Shown: positions 40,801 to 52,000 of the stretch, one piece after another
How positions within the stretch are numbered: the first letter of the stretch is position 1
Layout of the letters: each line of letters begins with the position of its first letter
NCBI RefSeq assembly: GCF_964355755.1
Contig: NC_092671.1
Location: 34,668,304-34,732,303 of the forward strand
Length of the DNA: 64,000 bases
Direction: 5' to 3'
Source: Antedon mediterranea
Lineage: Eukaryota > Animalia > Echinodermata
Program-made: the position numbers and the translations under genes
The notes under the pieces: model-generated
Databases searched by the model: none
Told to the model about the DNA's origin: nothing
The model's input: only the letters and a program-made list of their open reading frames with translations

Positions 40801-43800
40801 TATTAGTTGGCATAGTTCATTGTGTTGGATCGTGTCTCGTATACGTTTACATTGTAGAAAATTTATATTCACCGTTGTTGAGAGTAAAAAAACACACACG
40901 AATGAAACATTTACGAATAAAAAATATTATATTATATATTTCTTAGTAATGTACAAATTGGTCCTCCTCCGCCAGTCAAAATTAACACATTAAATAATAA
41001 TTTTCACACCTTGTTACTTACTATAGAACATCGTGAGGTTGTTTATTGAGGTTACTAACGAAGCCAAACAATGTATAACCTACAAAGCCAACAACGTAGC
41101 CTGTTTTATCTACGAAGCTACTTCGTAGGAAAAGCTGCGGTATTTTCTCTGATATATAATTTTCGATATTAATCAGAATCTGGAATAAAGTATTAAATCT
41201 ACTGATAAACAATACTGCTGTTTAATCTATATAATGAATTTATTATATATATCATTAATTACATTATTTAGTAATCATGATATAACCATTATACTGCCTA
41301 AAAAATGCTGATGGCTGCGCGGCGACAATCCTTAGTATCTGCCGCGCCCGCCCTGGCTAACTTCTGTGTACGGCGGTACAATTGTTTTTTATATTCCTTC
41401 TTTATAAAACGGAGGTGATTTTCCACGAGGTTTGTGTCGTCCGCGCGTCACACTGTGCTGTGTATTTGGTGTCCTTTTGTGTGATTGTGTAAGGCAGCAT
41501 ACAATAAATGAACGAACTTCCAATCACAACGAGTGTAAAATGTTTAGGGGCTTTGTACGCTTGAATGAACCTGACTCCTTTGCGGCGGCGGTGACTAGTG
41601 GAAACTCCTGAGCCTTCCGTAGAGTAGAGAGAGATTAAATTACAACAAATAGGGAAAACACACCTGACTTCAATTTGAAACAACTCGCACAAGCAGACGA
41701 TCTTGTCGCGCTATGCGCGACCTATTCTGTTGCTTTAGTCGCAAACAGAAAAATTAGGTCGCAAATGCGACCAAATACCCCTTAATTTGCAGCCCTGCAC
41801 TATACTAAAGAACCCCATGGATACAATCACTTATGAAATTTTCAACATTCTGTAAAATTAAAAAATATGTAATGAAACTGAGTCTCACACAGGGTGGGTC
41901 CAGGATGTTATGAAACATGGATATTGTGAAAGGTCGGGTCCTTTCCAAGAAAAATGTTCCAAGAAGGCCCTGCCTAAAAATGTAATGTGTACTAGTGTAC
42001 AATGCAATTGAGAAATCATTCACATTTTTTGTGTTAATAGATGTATTGTCATGAACATGAAAAATGAAGAAAAATAAAAAAAGGCTTCGAATAGGTCATT
42101 TCGCAGTTTTAATAAAGTAATAATTTTTTGTAGAAAAAAAAACTTTAAACAAAATAATGTTTTCACTTTATTACTGTTAATTTATATATATATATATATA
42201 TATATATAAACATAGGTAACATGTTAATCATTCCATTAGTCCCATTTCTTTTGTACCACAAACAAATAATTAATAGTTACTGTTTATTGTATTAGCCTTT
42301 GCTTACTAAATAATAAATAATTCATGTTTTAGACTTTCAGTTTAAAAAAAACCATTACTAAATGATAAAATAAAAACATAGTAGATATTTTTGTAACGAA
42401 AATTAAAATATAAATCTGGCAGGGTCACATAGGTAGATGGAAAGAAAATGTTTGCAAAAAGCTGAACATTCATTTTCAGTATCTTTATTAGATACCACAT
42501 TTTTGTTCAGTAGAACTGATACTGAATAACATGTGACACGCAATTAACCAATCAAAAGGCAAGGAGTGTGTTATAAATAGCAATGTTTCATCATAAAACA
42601 CTGGATATATTTATACTATTTTATCTATCAATCTAATTGTTCAAACAACAGATTAACAGTAATTATTTAAAAAATGTATTAGATGTCCCACAATGCATGC
42701 TTTAGTGACTAAATTTGTAAATGTTTTCAAAACATGAATTTTGTAATGACCTAGTGATGAACACAAACCTGTTCTGCCTCAAGAAGGGGATGCATCATTC
42801 TAACCGATGGCATTTTACTAAAACTCCAAAGTGGTTTATTCTGTCAAAAGCAACATGTTATCAATACAACAATTTGAAGAAATATTTCAATGAAAACGTC
42901 TTTTTTTTGTGCACACCAAATTCTGTCCTGATATTTCAAATGATATTCAGTCTCCTGTGCAATTTTTCCCGATTGTTTTGGAAGTACAAAATCTTTTTTA
43001 ATAGTGCCCTCTACGTTTGGAGATATTTTTTTATCTAAAATGCCCCTTCTTTGTTTTGGCCCGATTTAAGTGTTGGTCTCTAGACACGCACAAAGCTTGA
43101 TAGGTGAAAAAGAGGAAAGGTTGAAACAAATTTAAGCTGGATGACTCGGCACCCTGCCAAAAATAACAACCACCAACGATAGTATAAAGATTGTTCAGTA
43201 GGCATAATATTTATATGCATTTGATGTATACTATATGGTGCTGCTTATTTGTTAAGTGTACTGTTAGCTGTTGGCAATTGTACATAGCGGCCACTATAGG
43301 AACCAGCGTGTCAGGGTGTAACACTATAGTATAACTTCTATTCAGGGAAACTCCGATTAAAGGGACATCTTGTGATGCCCTGAAGGTGGCCCCCCCCCCC
43401 CCTAATAAAGGTCTACTAAATTTAAAATTATTTTTGCATCATGCGAAAGCTTCCTTATCTTATTAGGTAGAGCACTATTACACTCTAAAGCTCTTTCTAC
43501 ACTATCAAACTAGTTTGACAAAAAAGTATGATGTGCCCAAATATGGTAATGATATCTTCCAATATGGTAGTGATGTGACATCATCATGTCCATATATGGG
43601 AACATCACATTTTTTGTCATATAAAGTGTGATAGTGTAGACAGAGCTTAAAGCCTAATTAGACGAAGGAACTAATTGAATGATTTCTTACCTTATCAGAT
43701 GTAAGTGAAGGGGGTAGAGCACTATCTGTAATCATACTGTTATTAATATGTGGGCTAAATGTCTCATCAGCAATGTTCATACAATCTTGTAACGTCTTGA

Positions 43801-46800
43801 TAAAGGTGTCACATGTCTCGGACAGCAATGTTGTTGACTCATTTAATTTCTGTAAAACAAAAACGTATTCAAACTTATTAAAAATTTTAAAAATCTCTTA
43901 TTACAATATGGCTGCTAAAAATCAGATAACCAAGTCTTCTCAGCCACACACAATGATTTGAACCAAGCCCCTTGAATTTATAGGCAAGAATATTTTAATT
44001 GATTTGAATTGTCAGAATGTCGTTAACATTGTTTTTGTCTTTAAGGGGTAATGGTTTTAAATTTGTATATCGCAAAATACAAATAGTCTCTATGCGCTGG
44101 TTAACACAAGTGTAAAAATAAAGAAAGTGTTATTGTTAAATAAACCAGGAAAAAGCCTAATAAACCGAACAAATTAACCAAGACAACGGAAAAAGACCGA
44201 AAACGGAATCTCACATCACCACACTGTTTCACTAACTTGTCAAGACAAGCTAGTTAAAATTTTTAAAGGAAAAATTAGATACAGTGTTTAAATACTGTAA
44301 ATTAGTACACTATAACATGATTTTATGACAATGTACATTGCTATAAAGTTTTCTTTCTTTTATGCTGGCAGTGCATATTGTGAAGTCAATGTATATAGGA
44401 AGTGGTTTATAGTTTTATAAAAACATATTGTATTGATATGGCAACATGCAATTGAGATTAAGGGATTTGAAGTCAAGAACAATAATCCAAAACAACAAAG
44501 CTTAGGAAACAATGTAACATTTTATAAAATTTGTACATACTGCTAAATATTTATTTTTACAAATCTATTTTGCTATATATTACACTTTTATTTTTTTATA
44601 CCTTGTTATACATTTCTAATTTAAGCTTGTAAACAAAACAAATTGTCTTATTAAAGATTCTGTATTCTAAAATTAAAGCAGTTTTGTTGTCAGCTTTTGA
44701 GGCCTACTTTACCTGATTAGTTGAAGAGTCCTCAGGTTTAATCGTCATCTTAACGGTTGCAATACGCTGCATTAGGAGGTCACAATACAGCCTCAATTCA
44801 GACATTTTGGATCTCAATGTTTCTGGGGGTTCCCCTAAATCGAAACAAAATAGAACAATGAATCTGATTGTGATATAAGATTAAAAGGTTCCTAGATAAA
44901 TTTAAAATTATTAGAAGTTGTAGGATATGGCATTAGATACCATTGAAATTGTAAAGATTTTCCAAGGCCGGCTTGTTTTTTTTTTACGTACCATGTATTT
45001 TTTTTCATTGTATTGTTGTGTAAATGGGTCATGAGCATTTTATAAAACCAGTAAAATATAAAGGTTTCCAAAGAATATCCTTGCCATTTGATTTAAGTTT
45101 ATTTAATTTCATATTTAATTATTCTATCTAATTAATTGAATACAATTATACTTCAGCACATTAGAATTCTATTCATTAAGGCTCGCCCAACACAAGATGT
45201 TTTTCTTCATCTTTCAGGTCACCTTCGAACTCTGACCTTGTATCGTTATATTATTGCATTGTATTTATTATCTTTTACTGTCAGAGTTTGCAAATAAATT
45301 TTTAATTTTTTTAAATAAACTTGAAAATGTTCAGGAGTTGAAAGCCTGACCAACGTAACTATTATCCATATTTAAAGATGTATTTTCCCCCGAAAACATG
45401 AAAAATGAAGATTAATTAAATCAGATTTGAATAGGTTATTTTGTAGTTTTAATAAAGTGAATCACTTCCGGAGAAAAAAAAACAGAAAAAAATAATGTTT
45501 TCACTTATAAAATTTTACTTTGTCCAATCACTGATAAATGGTTAAATTCAACCAAAAATCCATTGGCTGGCAGCCAATTTGACATTTTTTTGCTTTAAAT
45601 TCCATTTTTTTTTCAGGTAAATATATTTTTTTTCGATCCAATTTTTGGTTGAAGTCAATAACAATTAGGTGATATTAAAATAGCATATTCAACAACAAAA
45701 ATTTAACAAAATTATTTTTTAAGGGGACAATACATCTTTAATACATAACATTCATTATTTGTATAAGAATTGAAATAGACTCTAACTTTAGCATGACCTA
45801 TTTAAATATGTTTTGTAAAGCTCTGTCTACACTATCAAAACTTTTTGTGACAAAAAAAATGTGATGTGCATCTATATAGCATATCACTACTATATTTAAG
45901 CACATCACACTAGTTTGATAGTGTAGAGTTTCTAAACTACTGTAATTAGTTGTACAGCAGAAAAATTATTGCAATAAACAATATATTTCATTTAAAAAAA
46001 ACATACCTCTACCATTCTTCTTTCTTGAGTCAGCGAGGCACGCTTTAGCTGTCCCTAGCGCCACCAACCACTGCTGTCTCTCGGCAGGTGTGCTTCCTCT
46101 AACGTAAAAATGCTGCTCACCTGGTATTATCAAGTCCAATCTGTTTGCGTCGGTTTGATGAACTAAAGACAAAGAATACTTGTTTACCATGACATCACAA
46201 ACAAAAGAATGGATACTTCACAATTTGCTAAACTAACCTGCAATTTCACAGACTGCCATTTTCAGTGACCCTTTACAGCCAAGGCTAACTTCTTCCTGTG
46301 ACCTGTAGTATGATAGTATTCCCATATCCAAGACAAACCAACGTGGTTGCCAACCTACAGAATTAGATTAAAACATACTTTAATACAGTGTAATCTAGTA
46401 AAACCTCTGAGTGAGGCTAGACTATGGGGCAGTTAGAAGAGTAACCGAACAATGATGAGTAACCTCAGAGGCTAGACTATGGCAGTTAGAAGAGTAACCG
46501 AACAATGCTGTGTAACCTCAGAGGCTAGACTATGGCAGTTAGAAGAGTAACCGAACATTGATGTGTAACCTCAGAGGCTAGACTATGGCAGTTAGAAGAG
46601 TAACCGAACATTGATGTGTAACCTCAGAGGCTAGACTATGGCAGTTAGAAGAGTAACCGAACATTGATGTGTAACCTCAGAGGCTAGACTATGGCAGTTA
46701 GAAGAGTAACCGAACATTGATGTGTAACCTCAGAGGCTAGACTATGGCAGTTAGAAGAGTAACCGAACATTGATGTGTAACCTCAGAGGCTAGACTATGG

Positions 46801-47875
46801 CAGTTAGAAGAGTAACCGAACATTGATGTGTAACCTCAGAGGCTAGACTATGGCAGTTAGAAGAGTAACCGAACATTGATGTGTAACCTCAGAGGCTAGA
46901 CTATGGCAGTTAGAAGAGTAACCGAACATTGCTGTGTAACCTCAGAGGCTAGACTATGGCAGTTAGAAGAGTAACCGAACATTGATGTATAACCTCAGAG
47001 GCTAGACTATGGCAGTTAGAAGAGTAACCGAACAATGCTGTATAACCTCAGAGGCTAGACTACAGTATGGCAGTTTAAGAGTAACCGAACAATGCTGCGT
47101 TTAGGTTAATAATTCTTCTGTGTATGTTTTTTGGCTTTGTGTTAGTATTTTAAATTATTATCAAATTAGGAACAAAATAGGCCTACATTCACTGATGTTT
47201 TTAAATTTACAGTAACTAGGCTAATAGTAACTTTAAAGTTGTGTCAGGGATAATTCACATGCAAACAAGTTAAAAATCCAAATTTGAGTATTTATGTTAG
47301 TTGCATATAAATTAAGTATGTGCATGCCTTATTTACTGGCGACACACTGCAAACAATTACTTTACGGACCTCAATTAATTGGGACACAACCACAACAATG
47401 CATGCTGCACACATATAGTCTTATATTATTAATTAATAAGCTTGGTTTGTTACTAGGCCTAGCTATCTACTAGAGTCTACTAGCTAGGCTAGGGCCTACC
47501 TATCTATGTATTGTTAGTTATACCAGGCCTGACTGAAGCTAGGCTAGCTAGAATAGAAGTATAGACTAGCCCGGCCCATACAATATAGTTATACCTACTA
47601 CTAGGATAGCTAGGCTAGGCCTAGATATTCTGTACTCTAGACTAGGCTTAGACCTAGCTAGGCCTCACTCAGTCAGTCAGTCACTGAGTCATGCAGCAGG
47701 TCGGTGCCTGGCTGGCCTGGCCCTAGCCTTAGGCCTACTACTAGGCCTATTATAGGCCTTAGGCTGGATTGCTAGAAAAGAAAAAAAACACATTATAAGT
47801 AAAAATTCAGAAGAAATTATACAAACCACTGAAATAGTTGGTCCACTTATAAAGCGTTCCTTGCATATCCGGCAT
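34859..47875 (-). CDS. PLEKHA8: Pleckstrin homology domain-containing family A member 8 / FAPP2 (PH domain + glycolipid transfer domain)
   Basis: 12 phase-compatible exons: 47827-47875, 46238-46354, 46007-46162, 44713-44834, 43691-43849, 39174-39211, 38664-38999, 37855-37940, 37236-37294, 36625-36755, 35627-35759, 34859-35056. N-terminus [22 protein letters not shown] (FAPP PH), [17 protein letters not shown], and GLTP motifs [44 protein letters not shown]. Confidence 0.93.
38052..38205. mobile_element. ~160-bp MITE family, copy 4
   Basis: TAAAGCTCTGTCTACACTATCAAA...TTTGATAGTGTAGACAGAGCTTTA. Confidence 0.75.
39653..41797. mobile_element. hAT5-like non-autonomous DNA transposon in PLEKHA8 intron 5
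   Basis: Perfect 16-bp TIRs CAGGGCTGCAAATTAA, 5-bp TSD CACTA on both sides, and subterminal GGTAGCAC / GGTCGCA repeats. Confidence 0.75.
43486..43649. mobile_element. ~160-bp MITE family, copy 5
   Basis: Same TIR and core. Confidence 0.75.
45376..45737. mobile_element. Kolobok-like MITE
   Basis: TTAA|AGATGTATTTTCCCC...GGGGACAATACATCT|TTAA. The interior is similar to 31644-31975. Confidence 0.65.
45816..45933. mobile_element. ~160-bp MITE family, copy 6 (internally deleted)
   Basis: Same TIR with a shortened core. Confidence 0.65.
46413..47098. repeat. 53-bp minisatellite, 13 copies, in PLEKHA8 intron 1
   Basis: Unit GAGGCTAGACTATGGCAGTTAGAAGAGTAACCGAACATTGATGTGTAACCTCA, with no spacers. 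Confidence 0.95.
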
Positions 47876-49045
47876 ATTGACTGAACGTGACGTGTTTTTA
47901 TCCAGATTTTATGTGCTACATTTGATGCAAAACAAGAATCTCGAGCGTAATATTTATCAATTCGAGCGTGAACTAGATTTTCTGATCGTTGAGGTCGTCC
48001 TAGCCTGTCATAAAACGTATTGATGAAGTACTTAGTTATCTGGCTGCTGTGTGTTTTTATTATTCCGCTCTGATATATTATTTGTAGTATTATTTTTTAT
48101 TATAACAAAATATTTACATAGCGATTGTATGTAAGGATCTGGTAATAAAAATGAAATAAATCGAGGAGATAATTAAGCTCCACTCTGCACCAATCATACA
48201 GTACAAATTATGATAAATAAAACATTACATATAAACCAAATGGCAATTGGTAATAGGGTAGGAGACGATATTACAGGATGTAAATACATCCTCCTTTGAA
48301 GTTGAAATGAAATAATATATTTTATTGTAGGTTTATAATAGTAGAAAAAAATATTCTTTACATAAGAAGATTTACGAAAAATAAAGGCACTCATTATGTA
48401 ACGCTGGACTTTTATTAAGTACGTGCTTACAACAAAAAGGTGGTAAAATAAATACATACTGACATAAATAAATACATACTAGATATATTATAATAAGGGA
48501 TCAAAGGGATTTAAAAGCTATATTGAATATTGTATTTAAAACCGTAGGAACCAGTACACCTCCATGTGCAAGAACTTAACATAAAAAGTAAGTACGCCCT
48601 CACATCTAACTTTTTCAACCAATCACACAATAGACTAAATATTTATCGGTTGACTGGGTCTTCGTAACCCTGATTGTTGTTGTTCTTCCGGTGTTTAATT
48701 CAGTTCGCCAGTTGTACACAATACTTCTAAATCTCCTTTGAAAAGGCTTCAATTTATCATATTTATTTTGTAGGTTGCCCAACCCATGTCTCATGCGATG
48801 TGTGACGAATGATTCTTAGCTATAACTTACTGTTTTTAGAATGAAATAAACGTGTCATACATTTAGGTTGGGACTTACCAACGATGCAAATACCTGTTGT
48901 TGTTGTTGTGGTGCCCGGTATGTCCATGTCTGTGTGTTGAATCATTGTCAGCCTCCATCGGCATTAATTCTAGTTTTATATGTTAATAAACATGTTATTC
49001 TGTTAACTGCAAAGAAGGTCAATGTTTGAAATGTAGATACGCAAG
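47876..49045. promoter_or_regulatory. Probable bidirectional promoter and 5' UTR region between PLEKHA8 and the PLC-like gene
   Basis: Divergent start codons are ~1.17 kb apart. CCAAT at 48619, ETS-like CTTCCGG at 48685 and TCF-like GATCAAAGG at 48499. Confidence 0.5.
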
Positions 49046-52000
49046 ATGGGTAAGTTTATTAATATTATATTCATTTTAAATAGCACTAATGTTTGTTTTT
49101 CTCTGGATATACTTATACATCCCGTCACTCAGAATATTTGTTTTAGAGGTACTATGTTAGGGGAAGATCCTTTATAAAAATCTTAATTAATAGCCTTATA
49201 AATCATTATTGGATGCATGTGTTTGTTTTTAATATGAAATATATATGTTTTATAGGAGATAATCATAATTAATAATCATATTGATCATAATCATCACTAG
49301 CATCAGCAGCATCATTATTGTCAACATTATCATTATTGTCAACATTATTATCATGTTCAACATTATCATCATCATTGTCAACATTATCATTGTCAACATT
49401 ATCATCATCATTATCAACATTATCATCATCATTATTGTCAATATTATCATCTTCATTGTTAACATCCTCATCATTGTCAACATTGACAATCATAATTAAT
49501 ATCAACATTTGCCAGTCACCAGTATTATTATAATCATAATTATCATTATCACACCATTTTCATTCAATCATCGTACCATTGTCATTATTTCTTCGTTCAA
49601 TAATTTTTTTATTTTATTTTGGGGACACTTTCTTCAATTGTCACCAATTCTGAATTCAATTTTTTTTATTTAGGGGACACTTTAATCAATAAGCTTATAG
49701 CTGGGACGCAGTTTACCAAGATCAAAGATTCAGGCAGTTCTAAGTTCTACACATTTTCGTTAAACACATCCAGAGCTGTCGTCACATATATACCAACACA
49801 AAGAAAATCTGGAGGATCAGAATGTGAGTTTCATTACTCCTAAATATGTGTGGGCATGTTCCCTATTTTGTTCGGTACCTTTGTTTGTTTAGAAAATAAA
49901 ATACCTGTTCTTAATCCCCTTTTAGTATAATAATTCCTTAATACAACTAAGTGCTTTGTAGAATCAGGAAATAGAATGACGTCTTGTTATGACATAAATT
50001 ATAGGTTAAGCTTATTTTTTGTTTAGGATCACCTGATCCTTACTTTTATTTTTTATGTATTACATAAGGTAGTTGTTTATTAAACAACTTTTTATCAAGA
50101 AATATTATTTGGTCTTTATCAATTTGTTGTATTTGGAATGAAGTCAATAATGCAATTTTGTGTTTCATCCAAAATATTCCCTAAACTTAAAACATAGAGA
50201 GCAAATTAATAATTAATATTTATTTCTCAATATAAAGTTTAAAAAACTGTATTAGAAAAAATATTTTGCTATGTTTTTTTTTTATATACTCGACGTATTG
50301 GTAATCTTTGAACAAATAACTATATTTTGTTTAAATATAAATTATACTTGCTTTTAAAACCCCCAATCATGTGTAATCAGTCAATCTTTATATTTTATAT
50401 TATCCTCTAAAAAAATACATTCATTTATTAAATAAATCATTTTAATGGTTATTTCATGCATGAAACTTATCCTTTGACCAGGAAATACGATTTTGCAATA
50501 TTCAAAGTAAAAAATGTCAATATTTTTGGTTTAAAATGGTATATTAAACATAATGAAATAAAATGAAAAAACAGATAAAGATCAGTCCTTTGATCAAGTT
50601 AACTTAGATTAAAATAAATGTGTGGTTATATTTTCTCAAAGTAAACTTATTTATGTAATACAAGTAATGGTATGTGTGCAATTTGTTTGCACAGCACTCC
50701 CTTAATACAATATTATTATACAATGGTTGTTTACCAAATGTACTTTCATGTAGAAAGTTATATCCATGAGAACAATCAATTAAATAAACAAAAGCCTGTA
50801 TTTGTTATATAATAGATATTTACACACTCTTTTCTCTATCTGAGTTAAATACAGTACATTTTGCAGTTTAAATTTATATATGTTCTAAATTCAAATGTGT
50901 GTGATCTAATGTTAAATCTGATATAACCATGAAACCTTTCTACTCAGGGTTATATTGGAGCAAGGCAATCTAACAAGAGGCTGAGCTCTGGAGATCAAAG
51001 GGTTAATCTGTGGCTGCGACGCGATCAATTTCACACCTCTTAATAGACATCGCACGCCACAAAGAATATGTACATAGTACAGTACTGTTGGTATTTGTTG
51101 CAGCCAGACATGAGATCAAAGGACTGTTACAAGTTCCTATCTTGGCAAGTCAAGCTCAGTGTGCTGTTGTTAGATTGCCTTCGTTTCAGTTAGATCCAAG
51201 TTTTATTGGAGTAGCAACACAGAGATATATATAACTGATTAAGTTCAACTGTCGATTTAATCTTTAAATCTGTCCTTTCCTATAATATGCACACTTGCAT
51301 GTGAACACAACCTTAAATCTGCTGAAAGGAATTCTATTAGAAATGTACAAAACAAAAGTCATGTTTTTGCACATCACAAAATTCTATGTAGAACTTGTAT
51401 GTATGGACGAACAAAAATAATTATATTACTATCACAATACAGGGGTACTGGGACATGAACACCTATTTCATGAACACCTATATAAATATACGCCTCAACA
51501 AACTCTTGGACTTGATGAGTAAAATAAACAAATTGGTAATGCTACTTCTTCTTTATAGGGGAGGTACATAAAGTGACATCATTAAATACTACTGATTTGC
51601 TCCACGCCTTTACAAAATAATTATGCTCTAGGCCATGAATGAGTAAACAAATTGTGAATAATAATACTATAGTTAATAATATGATATAGTCTGAATCAGT
51701 ATTTAATTATACGCCTTCACATACTGTAGTACAATTCTAAAGTCCTTTTTAAGTATTCTGTTTATTTTTATAATATTAACATTTTGTCATCAAATGTTTA
51801 CATAGCTGCATAGAGATGTTGACAAAGACATTCATTATGGATCTAAGGTCTACCAAGCCTGCATACCCTTCACAATAAATTGAAAACGTTTTTTGTTTTA
51901 TTCTCAAAAAATAAAATAATGTACATATATTTATTACATTACAATCAAATTGTTACATCAATCATTATGGTCATAAAAATGTAATACAATACCAAGCTAA

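Noticed and set aside
46413-47098. CRISPR-like appearance of the regular array
   Set aside because: Units are head-to-tail with no unique spacers; eukaryotic intron; no cas genes.
49250-49533. Asp/Asn-, Ile- or Ser-rich ORFs in four frames
   Set aside because: Artefacts of a trinucleotide microsatellite in an intron.
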